Shown: in pieces, positions 1 through 13,973 of the stretch | Layout: each line of letters begins with the position of its first letter | Numbering within the stretch: the first letter of the stretch is position 1 | DNA from: Mizuhopecten yessoensis | Taxonomy: Eukaryota | Assembly (NCBI RefSeq): GCF_002113885.1 | Contig: NW_018403786.1 | Coordinates: 1,497,858-1,561,857, forward strand | Length of the DNA stretch: 64,000 nucleotides | Direction: 5' to 3' | Notes under the pieces: model-generated | The model's database searches: none | What the model was told of the DNA's origin: nothing | What the model saw: the letters and a program-made list of their open reading frames with translations, nothing else | Translations under genes and position numbers: made by a program

Positions 1-1968
1 TTTGTGTATAGTCTAAACAGGTGCTCTCGTCTAACGAACCTGTGATTACTAAAATTTAGAACCTATGAAACTTCTTATCTAAAAGGTAAAGCGTGATCCG
101 GTTGTTAAATATATGAATTATCAGAATTAATATTGAATATTGTATTACCTGTCTTCAGACAGAGACATATAAAGCCGTAAGTAGTATATACGTTTCCGCT
201 TCAGGTCAACCATGACAATGAGAATAATATATGAGCTGGTACGTCATTAAGTTGGGTCATGAATTTATGATTTAGATTGTGTTTTGTAAAATTCAATGCT
301 AATTGAAGTTTACTGGTATAATAAGGTAGATTAAGTCGTAGAATTGATTTTTTCGTCCTTAAGTGATTCTCAGTGATAACGTTATGTATATTAGACATTT
401 GTAACTAAACTCCTGTGGGAGAAGTGACTTAAAGAATAAACTTTTAGCAATAAGATTGTTCTATTACACATCATTTTAAATTTTAAACCATTTATTAGAA
501 AAATTCAGAACATCAGCTGACCTTATACCTTTGAATGTTATTCTCAAGATTTTGAGATTTGGGATAGGTAATTTAATCGTATATTTACCTAAACAATAGA
601 ACACTTTTATAAGTTTATATTACTAGGCAACAATCAAAGACATGTTTCATACCAGTACCCATTTCAGTGACTTATACATGATATACAATTACAGTTTTAA
701 TAATTTGGCAAAGTAATGTCATAATAATACAAGCATTGGCAGTGTAATGTCGTAATAATACAAACATTGGCATAGACATATGCTGACATTAAACACATCG
801 CATAATTGCTAAATGATGTATTATATATGTATATCAGAGTAACAGACGAAATACGAAATTGTTGGGATTAGTAAAACGTATAGATATAATATAAACACTA
901 AATCTAGCTTATGAAATCAAACTTCTCCAGACAATGGCCTCTCTCTCATAAATAAATGCTTAATAGGAACTCGATTTCATCATATAATTTCAACATTATA
1001 TTAATCATTCAAAACGTTTTGTATTTTTTTTTTATATATTCTTGTACAAACAATCTTATAGCTTCGTTATCCTTCTGACTAAGTATATCAGAACCATTCA
1101 ATGTGACAAAACTACCAGATCTAGATAACTTTATGAACAATGTAGCACGGCAATCATCAAATCGGTTACAAAGAAAAAGATAGAAAAAAATGTCTGCTTC
1201 CGTCTATTCTCAAGTTTCTCCTAACCGGTTTCCATATATAGAGACTGTCTACTTGCGAATGAAGGCAAACCCGTAACTATTCTGGCTGCTTCTAGTTGAT
1301 TTTTTTTCTAATATATCTGAGCGTAATACATTTTCGTTTAGATTTATGTGATCTTCACATTTCACCGGTACGTGCTTCTTTTAGGTGTACATGTTCATAC
1401 CATTAGCCTACTAATGAGTGTAGTGAACGTATTAAATAAGTTTTATTTAGAGTTGCACTCCTTGATTTAGACACGTGACTACATACTAGCAGGGTTAATA
1501 AAGCGCGTGTTTTATTATTGAATTTACGTAACTACAGTATACTTGTACACAAACGCTTTGTCTTAGATATCATCGCACTTCAACCGTTTACAAAATGTCG
1601 CGGTGGAAGTGGAAAGTTAGAACGGCAACTGGAATTACTTATCTTTCACCTAACGTGTCTATTACTAAGCGAGTACTTTACAACCAAGAAAAGCTCTGTC
1701 ATAAATATGTCTTTCGACATATTTCCCCCCGCTGATTGATTGACTGAATAAGGTCTTATGATTCATGAATGGCGCGATGGTTGGAATGCATTCACATTTC
1801 AGTACAGAATTGACTGTAGTTAGGTTTGTCTGTCAAAATCAATAACATATCAAGAGAACTTTTATAAAGATTCTATCAGTCTTCGCTAGATATACGGTTC
1901 CAATGTTAAATCGTTTAAACAGTGGTTTAGGTCAAATCTAAAGTACAAAATAACATTAAACAAATTCA

Positions 1969-2703
1969 AACTGTACACTCCAATTCTGTAATCGTCACAA
2001 TGTACAGCCCCGTCCTGTAATAGTCACAATTTACAGTCTCGTCTTGTAATCGTCACAATGTACAGTTCCGTCCCGTAATCGGCAAACTGTACAGTCCCGT
2101 CCTGTAATCGTCCCGATGTATAGTCCCGTCCTGTAATAGTAACAATGTACAGTCATGTCATGTTATTGTCACACTGTACAGCCCCGTCCTGTTATCGTTA
2201 CACTGTACAATCCCTTCTTGTAATCGTCACAATGTACAGCCCCTCATGTTATCGTCATAATGTACAGTCCTCTCCTGTAATAGTCACAATGTACAGTCCC
2301 GTCCTGTAATAGTCACAATGTACAGTCCTGTCCTGTAATAGTCACAATGTACAGTCCCGTCCTGTAATCGTCTTACTGTACAAATCAGTCCTTTAATCGT
2401 CATACTGTACAGCCCCTCCTGTAATCGGCACACTGTACAGTCCCGCCCTGTAATCATCACACTGTACAGTATCGTCCTGTAATCGTCAAAATGTACAGTC
2501 AGGTCCTGTAATAGTCACAATATACAGACACCGTCCTGTAATCGTCATACTGTACAGCCCCTCCTGTAATCGTCATAATGTACAGTCCAGTCATGTTATC
2601 GTCATACTATACAGACCCTCCTGTAATCGTTAAACTGCACAGGCTTATCATGTAATCGTCACAATGTACAGTCTCGTCCTGTAAACGTCACACTGTACAG
2701 TCA
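1969..2703. repeat. 29-bp minisatellite, ~25 copies (ctgtaatcgtcacaatgtacagtcccgtc)
   Basis: Unit recurs with period 29 (e.g. 1986, 2015) and moderate divergence. Confidence 0.95.
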
Positions 2704-5046
2704 ATCGTTCATTAAGTCTTCATAAAGAATAGCTGTCGACGTATGATATTATTTTCAAAGGTGAAAATATGTTTGTCATTTCATCACAAAGTGACAAATA
2801 GGACTTTCTTTTCGAAAAGGTGCATTTTACGACCCCTTTACAGAACGGATAGATCGTATTACTGAAGAGTTTCAAAAATACTTTTGTATGAATTTCTATG
2901 ATATTTTTCAAATTGTTAGAGTTGGCAAGGAACTGACACAAGGCCGATTCTTAGGTTTTTGACAGAAATTATTCTGCTAGATTTTTTTTTTTTTACTTCT
3001 TATTTACGGGTTTCCCGCCTTTTTGCGATTTACAAAATATGCTGTCGACATTTTTACATGCACATAATATCGTTAAAGAAATTATTCTTTTAGTTTTGTT
3101 ATATTTGAATAATTTCCAAATAAGCCCTTACTTTACTTTAAAATTTCCAACTGTTTACCTCACTATCCAGTAATGGTTTGTATATTACATTGGGAAAAAG
3201 GTAAATTTTGAAGTTTTCGTACGTGATTCACATTATATTCAAGACCTTTGTTCATTAAGAGCAAATATTTAAGTAGATGAAATTGATCTGAAGGTAGTAT
3301 ATCATAACATATACATGTCATCCTTCTTCATACTGTAAGATAATGTTGATCCCCAATTTTTCGACTGTGCGTCAACCTCTGACGTTACGTCATTGTGAGT
3401 GTTCATAATTAGCCGCAATAAAACAAAGCAATCTAAGTTTTTTGATCATTTCCTTAAGAATTAAAACGAAATAAAAATGCAGGTAACACATCTTGAACGA
3501 TAACATCAATCGGCCATTGGTCAGTGTTCATGGATCGTTTATGAATGGTTGACAAAATACATTTTGTATGTTGCTTTATTGTCATGGAAAACGCTTGGAT
3601 GAATTGACGTTTGTTACGGCATGATTTCTCACCCAGACACGATTTCTCACCCGGGTGAGAAATCGTGCAAAACATATGGACATAGGTGACACGTTTTCTC
3701 ACCCGGCACGATTTCTCACCCAAACTCTCTATCTTAATTGGGGATGGATCTTGTCCATGGTGTCTTATATTAACACTTGCCTAAGTGAACATGTAATAGA
3801 TGAGCCGACATGATTTCAAATGAGTAGTAGTTCAATGCACAACATGCCTAATATTTATTGATTGATTTTTCTATCAATCTATTATATAAAATGTATTGCT
3901 TTTTACCGAAAGCAATACCACGAAAGCAATACCCCGAAAACATATAAAAAAAACCCGAAAACATATAAAAATGACATTTTATGACTACTTGTTTCTATGC
4001 TATGACTATTGGACTAAATTTTCAAGGTTTTGTGCATATAAATGAATGCACTTCTGGTCTTTAATGCATATATACAAGTGTTTTTGTTATATAATGTTGT
4101 TTGAAACGTTTAACATGTAAGATTACAGTTACCTTAAAAGTAAGTCAAGTGTTCCGCAACCGTTCAAGGTATCTGCTGGTCAAATATTAAGACTACTTGG
4201 TACAGGTGGTACATAAATATAGTTGATAGACTACTGACGTACGATACCACAGCATAACATTACAAACACTTCGAGGCAGGTGAGTAAAAATATTTGATAT
4301 ACAATAAATCAAAGTAACTTGAAACTAAATAAAAAGACCACAACAGGATCTGAGAATAGACATATAAACAAACCAGTGTTAAAAACTTACTGAGACTGTG
4401 ATAGGTGTTGCGGAAAGTTAAACGCATTTAACATTTTATTATGTAATACCTGTCGTAATGTCTGTCACCTTGTTGAAGGTCAACAGCTTTCTAAACTCCA
4501 GTGAATATGTTTTGAATTATTTATGCACTGGAATGCTTTAGTTGCAAATCAGATGCAAACACAATCCGATACTCTTTGTTATGATAAAGTGAACCTTATT
4601 TTTTAATCATACCATATGTATTTTGTTCACATAGATTCAGTGAGGCGACAAACCGGTAGACATGTACGGTGACCCGTTAGAGCTATAATATGAAAATGAT
4701 TTATCAAAGACTACCACTACTCTATCTGGAAATGAGACCGTCAATTGCTTATCACACGGAAGTTTATAAATCTATAATTTATTCATTAATTTTTGAAATA
4801 CGCAACAGAAGTCTTAAAAAATCTTCACAGATTCAATTAGACGATGAAAAATATACTGATGCATGATTCATACAATGCACGTGCGCGCACCTTCTTAAAA
4901 ACATTCAAACGCAATCCGGCTCACCTAAATTAATCCTTTACGATACTTCAACACGGATTTCGAAATCATCAGTATCGTACGAGAATATACATGTCATCAA
5001 GCCAACAACAGCTGGTCACTGTAAGTCAGTTTTTCGTCTGAATTTA

Positions 5047-5780
5047 ATGTCCTTAAACTGTCGCTCGGTGTCCGAATGCCCCGTGGTATATAATGAACAT
5101 CTCCGCGTAGAAAAACAGAACCGTAGAAAAGCAGAGAGACAGTGGCGAAGGACTAAATTAACCGTTCACCAACAGACTTATAGGGAACAATGTCGACTAG
5201 TTGGTTCACTTCTCATTCAGTCAAAGAATGCTTATTATTTCGAAAGAATTGAAGAATGTAGTAAGGACCATAGACTGCTGTTTAGACTCACCAAAAACTT
5301 GTTGGGTCAGAAAGGTGAACTTATCCTACCAAGCTGTAATTCTGAAAAAGCCCAGTGAGCTTGATCCACTGCCTACAGACCTATGTCTTGAAGCACTGCT
5401 TCCTTTGATTATCTCAATCATGAACAAATCATTGGCTAAGTCAAAGGTTCCATTGTGTTTCAAGAAGGCGCATGTTAGACCATTGTTGAAGAAGCATGGA
5501 ATGGACAAGGAAAAATTGAGGAACTATCGCCAAATATAAAATTTGCCTTTTCTGTATAAGATCTTGGAGAAGGTTGTGTCCCGGCGTTTAGAGGTTCTCC
5601 ATGCAAACAGTCTCCGTGACAACCTGCAATCGGTCTACCGCATGGGACACTACTGAGACGGCCCTCCTATGTGTACATAGTGATATAGCTTCTGCTTTGG
5701 ATAACAAGTTAAGAGCGGTGCTTGTCATGCTGGATTTGTCAGCTGAATTTGACATCATTTCATTTCAAATCAATTTTATT
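5047..5780 (+). mobile_element. Decayed L2-clade LINE ORF2 fragment (pre-RT/RT N-terminal region) with internal deletion and frameshifts
   Basis: Translated pieces RRKAERQWRRTKLTVH, SELDPLPT..LLPLIISIMNKSL..VP..FKKAHVRPLLKK..LRNYR and TETALL.V.SDI..ALD...VLVMLDLSAEFD match L2 RT motifs. Confidence 0.85.
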
Positions 5781-5866
5781 ATATTAAAAAAAACACAATT
5801 GGATTTGGCACAGGCATTGCCTATAAAAAGCCTCTTCCAGAGAAAATACACACATTTCATACATTC

Positions 5867-5900
<34 letters not shown>

Positions 5901-6149
5901 TATTATGGAGATGATGTAGTATATGTTCGAATTAATAGGAGAATACTAGAACCATTTAATACTAGAACCATTTAATACATGTTCACAGAAAATAATACAT
6001 GTAACCAGATAATCATTGATTTTACCATTTCAATTAATATAGTCTATTTACTTCAATTATTAATAGCCTAGTGTTTGGTTGGAGGCACTTCAAAGACACT
6101 GTCACTATACACAGTGCCATCTATCCCAATTACACCAGAGTTATTGTTA

Positions 6150-8360
6150 TAACATAGCAAATACAAACACATTGTAATATAATATTTAGTATAGTTTAAG
6201 TTAAAATCTTCCAGATTTGTCAATAAACTCCAGAACACATGAGAGAATAAATTTATTTGATTCACTGCTAAGGTTCATATCACCCTTAGTGAAAGTATCA
6301 GTATTTAAGATGATGTTGTCAATTTCGTTATAATTAGATAACGTATTGAATAAAACTTGTCTTTCATCTATATATTTGGGGCAATTGAGGAAGAAGTGAT
6401 TTGAATCTTCAATAATAAAACCACAGTCACACTTAGGGTTATCTGTAAGATGATCATTATATAAATCTGATTTTAATTGGCTGACTTTATTCCGTAGTTG
6501 ACATAATGTTATATTCAACTTCCTGGAGTCACCGTATTTAAAAATATCCGTACAGTTAGATGGTGCAAAACGTGTGTGCTTTCCTTAAGTAATTCCAGTT
6601 TTAACTGGCTCAATGAAGTGAGTTTTGGAAAAATACAGTCTGGCCTATTCCATATAGACATCATTCTAGGAAAAAAGCTATTTTTTATACAAGTTGGTTC
6701 TGCACAAGGGAACAATAAAGTTTCTATGATGTCTAAGGCGAGGATTAATATCATTATTAAAATATGGTAAAATACAATCATAAAGATGGTCAGGACAGTC
6801 ATGCTGCAGTATCTTGAAAAATAATATACATTGTTAATTATTACGTCTTATTTTTAGTTTATCTACACCAACTTCCTTATATATTAAGTTATGACTCGTA
6901 CCTCTTCTAAAACCTGATATAATTCTGAGACATTCTAATTGGACTGATTCCAATAAGTAACTTTCACCCTGGGTGCAATTATTCCACACAGCACAAGCAT
7001 ATTCAAGTGTTGGTCTTATAAAAGATTTTTAAATTATTTCAAGAGATTTTCTATCTAGCTTGTGTTTGAGCATTCGCATTATTTTCAGTTTTGTATAGCT
7101 TTTTCCATATATGTAATTAACTTGATCAGACCATGATCCATGACTATTAAAAAGCAAACCAAGATGTTTATGATTTTTGACNTCACCATCTATCAAAACG
7201 TAAAGAGAAGTGTCATCAGCAAAGAGTTTGACATGGGATTGGAGTTCATCTTCTAGGTCATTAATAAATATTAAAAATAAATAAGGCCCGAGAACCGAGC
7301 CTTGGGGTACACCAGCTTTTAATGTTTGTAAATTTGACTTGTAGCCATCTACTAATACCCTTTGTTGTCTATCAGTAAGATAGCAATGAATCCAGTTCAA
7401 AACGTCGTCACAAATTCCATATTTCTTCAATTTGTAAATCAATCCACTGTGCCAAACCCTGTCAAAAGCTTTGCTGATGTCACAAAATACTATCCTTGCC
7501 TCTTTTCCTTGATGAAGTTGTTTTGAAGCTTCATCATATAAATATATTAATTGGTTAACTGTGGAGTCATTGGGAAGGAAGCCAGACTGATTTTTTTATA
7601 TAACATTATTCTCAGAAAGAAAATTAAAGAGATGTTTAAAAAACTTTTTTTTTCAAGAAGTTTACTAAATAATGATGTGACAGAGATTGGTCTATAGTTA
7701 CTGGGGTCACCTCTTCCTCCCTTGCCCTTATATATGGGGGTAACATTAGCACACTTCCAAATATTAGGTATGCAACCAGTGGATATGGATTTGATAAAAA
7801 ATTAACAGTAAGGGCTTTACAAGAGAGTCAGCAATACCTTTAATAAAATAAGGGGGAAGTGCATCTGGACCAGCAGGTTTTTTTTACATTAATAAGTTGG
7901 AGCTGATCATGAACATCCTGTTCAGTGATAATAATGGAAGATAATTTTTCTTGTGAGATATGACAATTAGGAGGAATATCAAGGTTAGTTTTGTCAGAAG
8001 TAGAGACAGAGGTGAAATATGAGTTAAAAGATTCTGCTTTATCCACAGAATGTGATTTAAGTTCACCATTTATTACAAGAGGAGCAACATTGTTTGATTT
8101 ATTATTAATGTTCATAATAGACTTTGCAACCCGCCACCACTTACCTGGAGGAATAGATTTGTCAATAAGGGAATTTACGAGTTTAAGTAGATACTTTTGC
8201 TTAGCTTCTCTTACAAGGTCAATAGCATATCTCTAAAGTTTTGCCAGGCTGCAGTAGTAGTAGTATGTTTGGCCCTGGTATGTTGACGTTTTCGTTTCCT
8301 AATGTGTAATCTAATATCATTGTTCATCCAGACTTTATCATTTGGACGAATAGTGACAAC
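6150..8360 (-). mobile_element. 5'-truncated, degenerate CR1-group LINE (RT domain to C-terminus)
   Basis: Motifs VTIRPNDKVWMN, FCDISKAFDRVWH, GVPQGSVLGPYLFLIFIND, LFADD and C-terminal C-x-C..E...HFFLNCP. Multiple stops and frameshifts; an N at 7182. Confidence 0.9.
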
Positions 8361-8763
8361 GTCATCAACCATGGCATATTTTATAAAGGTCTGGAGTACT
8401 CTTATGGAGTGACTGATACCTCACTATGCTGGATACAGTACGACGACAGTGTGTTGCCATCGGGTCTACCACCTCACAAGACAATTTGCGCGAGATATAC
8501 CGTATATGAAATAATATGCAAGTCATACCTAACAAAGGACATCTTTCTTTGGCCAAAGGAACAAAGGACACGGACTTGTACACAATATGAACTTACTAAA
8601 GAAGATGTGAAATCATTGCTCTGGAAGGGTACATACATTTCCCTTTTTTATTATAAAGTATAACAATATCTACTCGTAACAGGAACCGTTACACCATAAG
8701 GTGTCGAAACTAACCCAGTAGTCGCAAGTGATATATCAGAAAATGATCGTAATGCCATAATAC

Positions 8764-9618
8764 TAGGGTTGTCAAACCGGCTTATTTTTGTAACCGGTTA
8801 CTCTTCTACCGATCGAGTAACCGGTAGAACATTTTCCAAACATATAATGTATTTGTTGCTGTTTATTATTTGACTACCAAATTGACCGAGTAACCGGTTA
8901 CTCTTCTACTGATCGAGTAACCGGTTACTCGGTCAATTTGGTAGTCAAATAATAAACAGCAACAAATACATTATATGTTTGGAAAATGTTCTATCTAAAA
9001 CGTATTTACACCACAAACATACATGTATATATTAAATAGCATGATCGTTTACTCGTGTATTTCAAGGTTTACACAGGAAATAGTTGCATGTAACCTCAGT
9101 AAATATTTTTCATGGACAACGAATGTCGGAATGCAGTAAGATGGATTCAATTACAGTTATCTGTACTCTAAATCATATGCGGTAATATTATTCTTTATAA
9201 CAAAATTTGCTTGACAAACGTTTTAAGACATGCTTTCTAATTTAAGAGTGTATTCTTCAGATTACATCTCGCATGTAAAGGCGCGTTCTATCTCAGAAAT
9301 TTGATATATCACAGCTTTGTATTCTAGCTTCCTTTTAAAATTTGTACAGATTTGTTATGGTGTTGGCGACATCTCTTTGCCAGTATTTAAATTAGAGTAC
9401 AAAATAAACACTAACATGTAATCACCGAACACTGTTTTTATTACACAACTATCCAATTTCGGTCGCATCTATACAAATGCAGATAGTTTGTAGGTCTAAG
9501 ACAGGTTAACATGGGGCTCCCAAAGGGGGTAAGTAAATGTCCGGTTAAGGATTTTGGTAACCGGTTTGTGGTCTTTCGCCCAAGTAACCGGATAACCGGC
9601 TAACCGTTGACAACCCTA
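8764..9618. mobile_element. Non-autonomous hAT-type DNA transposon (MITE, 855 bp)
   Basis: TIRs tagggttgtcaa (8764) / ttgacaacccta (to 9618). Perfect 8-bp TSD cataatac at 8756-8763 and 9619-9626. Multiple subterminal taaccgg motifs at both ends. Confidence 0.9.
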
Positions 9619-10119
9619 CATAATACATCTACACAGAGACATATATATTACAGAGATTTGTAATATATACGTCTCTGATCTACAAACCGAATCTATAACA
9701 TCGGTCAATATCTAAATGTAGACCGACCAGGACCCGACCTAACACGGATATTTTGTCAAATAAAAATATCAACGCAGATCGCAGTAGTGTTCGTAGTGAC
9801 ACTGCACACTTTTTACATAGGGATATTGAACAATGCATACATTTCGACTTATCAAAAGCCAGTCTGCAGCAGCCATTTTGCGGAAGATGTTGGCCTTTTT
9901 CCCCATCTTTAAGAACACGATTAAAATATTCAATGAAACAACTTTTATTGTGGTCCATAACTCTGAGCAGAAATTGCTATAGCATGAAATGACTCAGCAA
10001 ATGATAGGCCATGATTTAGATCTGTTCAGAAACTTCACATCGAATATCATTAGTGACTACATGTATTATATGTAACTGCAGTACACATCTATTACTATGA
10101 TACTTGTATCCTCTCCACA

Positions 10120-10945
10120 TTGGAGCAAGACAAAAAATCCGACTGGAAATCTTCTTTCGCACCTCTTGTTCAGGCCTATAATGCTCCTAAGAATGATTCG
10201 ACAGGCTTTTCTCCCCATTACCTGATGTTTGGTTGGCACCCACGTGTATCTGTGGATGCGTTCCTGGGGTTAAAATCACCAAACCAGGACAAAGGTGCAA
10301 ATCATCACACCTATGCCACTAAACTCAGGGGAGAGATGGAGTATGCCTATCGGATTGCTCTAGAGGAGTCAAGAAAAAGTGCTGCTCGAAACAAAACTAG
10401 ATATGACAGAAACGTGCGAGACTCAAAGCTTGAAACTGTTGACAGGGTGTTAGTAAGGAAAGTTGGTTTTCAAGGAAAACATAAACTCGCCGATAGGTGG
10501 GGAAATAATCCTAACATAGTCGTAAGTATACCATGATAGTGATATACCTGTGTACAGGGTAAAGTTGGAAAGTGATAAGGGGTAGGTCCGGACCTTACAT
10601 ACAGATATGTTATTGCCTTTTACCTTCATTCCTTCTGAGGAGCCAGTGCTGGAGGTCAACCGCAAGGTCACACCAAAAGGAGTATTTTCACAGTCAATAC
10701 GAGAGGATTCGTCTAATGTAACTTCTCAAAGAAATGACAGAACCGATATAAATCACCAAGAAACTTACGTTGAGGTGACGGGTGATAATACATGTAGTAT
10801 CAGCGGCGCTGATAGGATACAAGATGTTGGGTCCAATCCTGTTTCTCCAACTAGGAGATCTCAAAGACAGAGAAAACCTCCAGAACGATTTGATCAGTGG
10901 GTTTATTCTCAAATGATAACAAACCGAGAGGAAATCTATGTGTGA
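10120..10945 (+). mobile_element. Gypsy/Ty3 LTR retrotransposon pol remnant (integrase C-terminal part)
   Basis: W....APLVQAYNA..NDSTGFSPHYLMFGWHP, then DRVLVRK..GKHKLADRW (GPY/F-type region) and a C-terminal RRSQRQRKPPERF tail. In-frame stops present. Confidence 0.85.
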
Positions 10946-11489
10946 CATGTAATAATAGATGTACCGTGTACATTTTCAGGGTTTATGAAATCTCTGTGAT
11001 ATTAATATAAAAATAGGTGTACATCTGCAGCATTTATGAACTTTCATGACAATGAGCCCTATTCTGTGTTTAGCAGAGGTATAACAATTATGTTGGATAA
11101 TGGGGTTTATGCTTTTTCCTGGAGAAAGTGTGATTAAATATGTAAATAGATAGTACCACTGTTAGTATAAAATAAACTATGTATCAGACAGTATGTTGAT
11201 ATTTCAATTCTATTTACTCAATATGCTGATCGTTGCTGATCAAGAATGTATTTAGTTGGAATATTGTTCAACGTGTGTAATTAACTAATGTATATGTTTG
11301 TTTCTCTTGCAGAGGGAAATGTATGTGCTGCTATGTTTTTATTGCAGGAGTGCTCCTGTCATAGCATGGCTATGCTACAATTAATGTAATTAAGTTATAC
11401 TAATAGTTAGCATGATCAATAAGATTATTTTGGTTTACCCTAGGTAGATTCCTGGGGATCCCGGAAGTAAATGTGGGACACATTTCTCT

Positions 11490-12220
11490 GAAGGAGGGGA
11501 ATAAGTAACCCAGTGCATTTGTGCACGTAGCCTACCTACGTACTGTGTTGTACAGTCAAGTGACCTTGACATTGTCCTGTGTTGTTATGTTATGTAAATG
11601 TCTGACACTGACCTGGACTTTGGACAGTACCCAAGCGATAAATTACATAAAGAGCTTGATTGACCGGAACCACATATTGCACGCTTCAATTTCCCGCCCG
11701 TTCTTCCTTACTAACTTCCTGTTACGCTGACCACCCCAATATGTGAGTCAGTGTGTGTCTGGCTCGCGAGGGCGACACATCCACTATTGAGCTATTATAC
11801 CTCTAGATGAGATTATTACACCTCCTCGCAGAGATAATAGAAGGGAACACTGGATAGCCTGGTAAGCAGAGTGTGTGAGTGCGTGTTCTACTTTCGGTTT
11901 CTATGTATATTGTCCGCGTTATAGTCTGTTTCATTGTTCAGGATGTAAGCGTGTGTTTGTATGTTTACAGGTCGAAACGTCTTATCGTTAATTGATTACG
12001 ACCCTGTGTGACATTTATTCAAATTCTTAGACCTGAAACATCTTACCAAATAAAAACCAAAGAAAACAGAATATTTACTGTATCAGTTATAAATGAAATA
12101 AAGAGAAGCACCACCTAATCCTGCTACCTGACAAATGATACATGTATTATTAGATACCAATAATTTAAGTATCTCCTGAAAGTATCACCTAGAGATACAT
12201 GTACTTGCGGGTAAGTTATT
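11490..12220 (+). mobile_element. Polypurine tract and probable degenerate 3' LTR of the Gypsy remnant
   Basis: Purine run gaaggagggga (11490-11500) downstream of pol, followed by a (t)gtaac-like start and an aataaa near 12048. The right boundary is uncertain. Confidence 0.45.
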
Positions 12221-12247
12221 AGTTTTATATATTGATATTTCACAGTA

Positions 12248-12347
12248 ATTTAGTAGTCTATATATCCCTTAAATTTAGTAGTCTATATAACCCTTAAATT
12301 TAGTAGCTATATATCCCTTAAATTTAGTAGTCTATACATCCCTTAAA
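12248..12347. repeat. ~25-bp tandem repeat x4 (aatttagtagtctatatatccctta)
   Basis: Four consecutive near-identical copies. Confidence 0.85.
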
Positions 12348-12626
12348 CCCTGAAATATCACAACTCAACAATTAATACCTTAAATTTCTATTAATGAAGG
12401 AGATATCTTATAAAAAAAAATGATCTTGATATCTCATACAATCCTAATCTTCAAATTAATCAGACTCAAAGATACCTGTAAGAGGATATGTTTATTTTAT
12501 GTAAAGATATCTTTAATACATTTAAAGACATTTCAATTAATCTTAGTGATATCTTTATTTCATTTAAATATATCTGTTATACTTCTGTGACCCCTCTGTG
12601 GGTAAATGTGGGGTTTAACGTCCTGG

Positions 12627-13283
12627 CAACAGCCAGGGTCATATGATGTCGGGTGCCTAGGGAGACACAACAGCCAGGGTCATATGAGGTCGGGTGCCTA
12701 GTGAGACACAACAGCCAGGGTCATATGAGGTCGGGTGTCTAGGGAGACACAACAGCCAGGGGCATATGAGGTCGGGTGCCTAGGGAGACACAACAGCCAG
12801 GTTCATATGATGTCGGGTGCCTAGGGAGACACAACAGCCAGGTTCATATGATGTCGGGTGCCTAGGGAGACACAACAGCCAGGTTCATATGATGTCGGGT
12901 GCCTAGGGAGACACAACATCCAGGTTCATATGAGGTCGGGTGCCTAGGGAGACACAATAGCCAGGGTCATATGATGTCGGGGGCCTAGGGAGACACAACA
13001 GCCAGGTTCATATGATGTCGGGTGCCTAGGGAGACACAACAGTCAGGGTCATATGATGTCGGGTGCCTAGGGAGACACAACAGTCAGGGTCATATGATGT
13101 CGGGTGCCTAGGGAGACACAACAGTCAGGGTCATATGATGTCGGGTGCCTAGGGAGACGCAACAGCCAGGGTCATATGAGGTCGGGTGCCTAGTGAGACA
13201 CAACAGCCAGGGTCATATGAGGTCGGGGGTCTAGGGAGACACAACAGCCAGGGTCATATGAGGTCGGGTGTCTATTGAGACAC
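12627..13283. repeat. 41-bp minisatellite, ~16 copies (caacagccagggtcatatgaKgtcgggtgcctagggagaca)
   Basis: Period 41 (12627, 12668...), highly homogeneous copies. Confidence 0.97.
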
Positions 13284-13973
13284 CGCCTGAAACAGGAGGT
13301 AGATAGAAAAGAAAGAAGACAGGAAAGATAGGAAGTGCCATAGGATATATTTGAAGATAATTAGTCCTAGTCTCCCATGACCATGGGTCAGCCTGAGATG
13401 AGATATTGAACAGGATGTAGATCGAGTACTTGGAGCCAAATTAATATTAATGATTACAATTACAAAACCTCAGGTGATACTGAATAAGATACATTTGGGT
13501 ATTTCTTAATGCAGCGAAGATACTGAAACATTATATGTTATTTTAATTCACACTATTCATTTAAATTAACTTTCAAACAAATATTATAAGTATGTTATAG
13601 TAATACACTGTATCACAGGAGTCTGAAATTCTGTCATTAATTAAGTATAACAGTAACACAAAAAATACATAATATGTTATGTTTTTTTGTGTTTTTTTAA
13701 GAATTTCGAAGTTTTTGTATTCTTGTTTTTATTAATTTTTGACAGAATTTATAACTCTCTTGACTGTATACACATATTACAATTAAGGCATAAACGATGA
13801 ACTGGTTTTACATTTCTTGTCCTAGTTAAACACTGAAACTGGTGTAACAACATAATTTGGCTATATGACTTTTAAATTGTATTTTGATGAAAATAAATGT
13901 AACGCAAAATTGATGACACCAGAAATAATATAAAAACGAACGTAGGGTTACCAAAGCCTGTAAAACGTGATAC

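Noticed and set aside
140-170. Minus-strand ATG...AG|gtaat mini-exon (MSLSED)
   Set aside because: Too short, no homology, and does not match the expected kinase exon 2.
1969-2703. 29-bp unit ends in TTACAG on the minus strand (acceptor-like), a possible third splice-site array
   Set aside because: No convincing open exon follows the last copy, and the period is not 3n.
3620-3722. Clustered gatttctcaccc motifs and the ORF at 3454-3723
   Set aside because: Look like subterminal repeats of a DNA transposon end, but no partner TIR or TSD could be defined; the ORF is spurious.
7175-7190. Apparent ~55-aa deletion in the LINE RT
   Set aside because: Coincides exactly with the single N at 7182, so probably a collapsed assembly gap rather than biology.
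12627-13283. CRISPR-like appearance of this and the other regular arrays
   Set aside because: Head-to-tail units with no unique spacers, no cas genes and a eukaryotic context; these are minisatellites.
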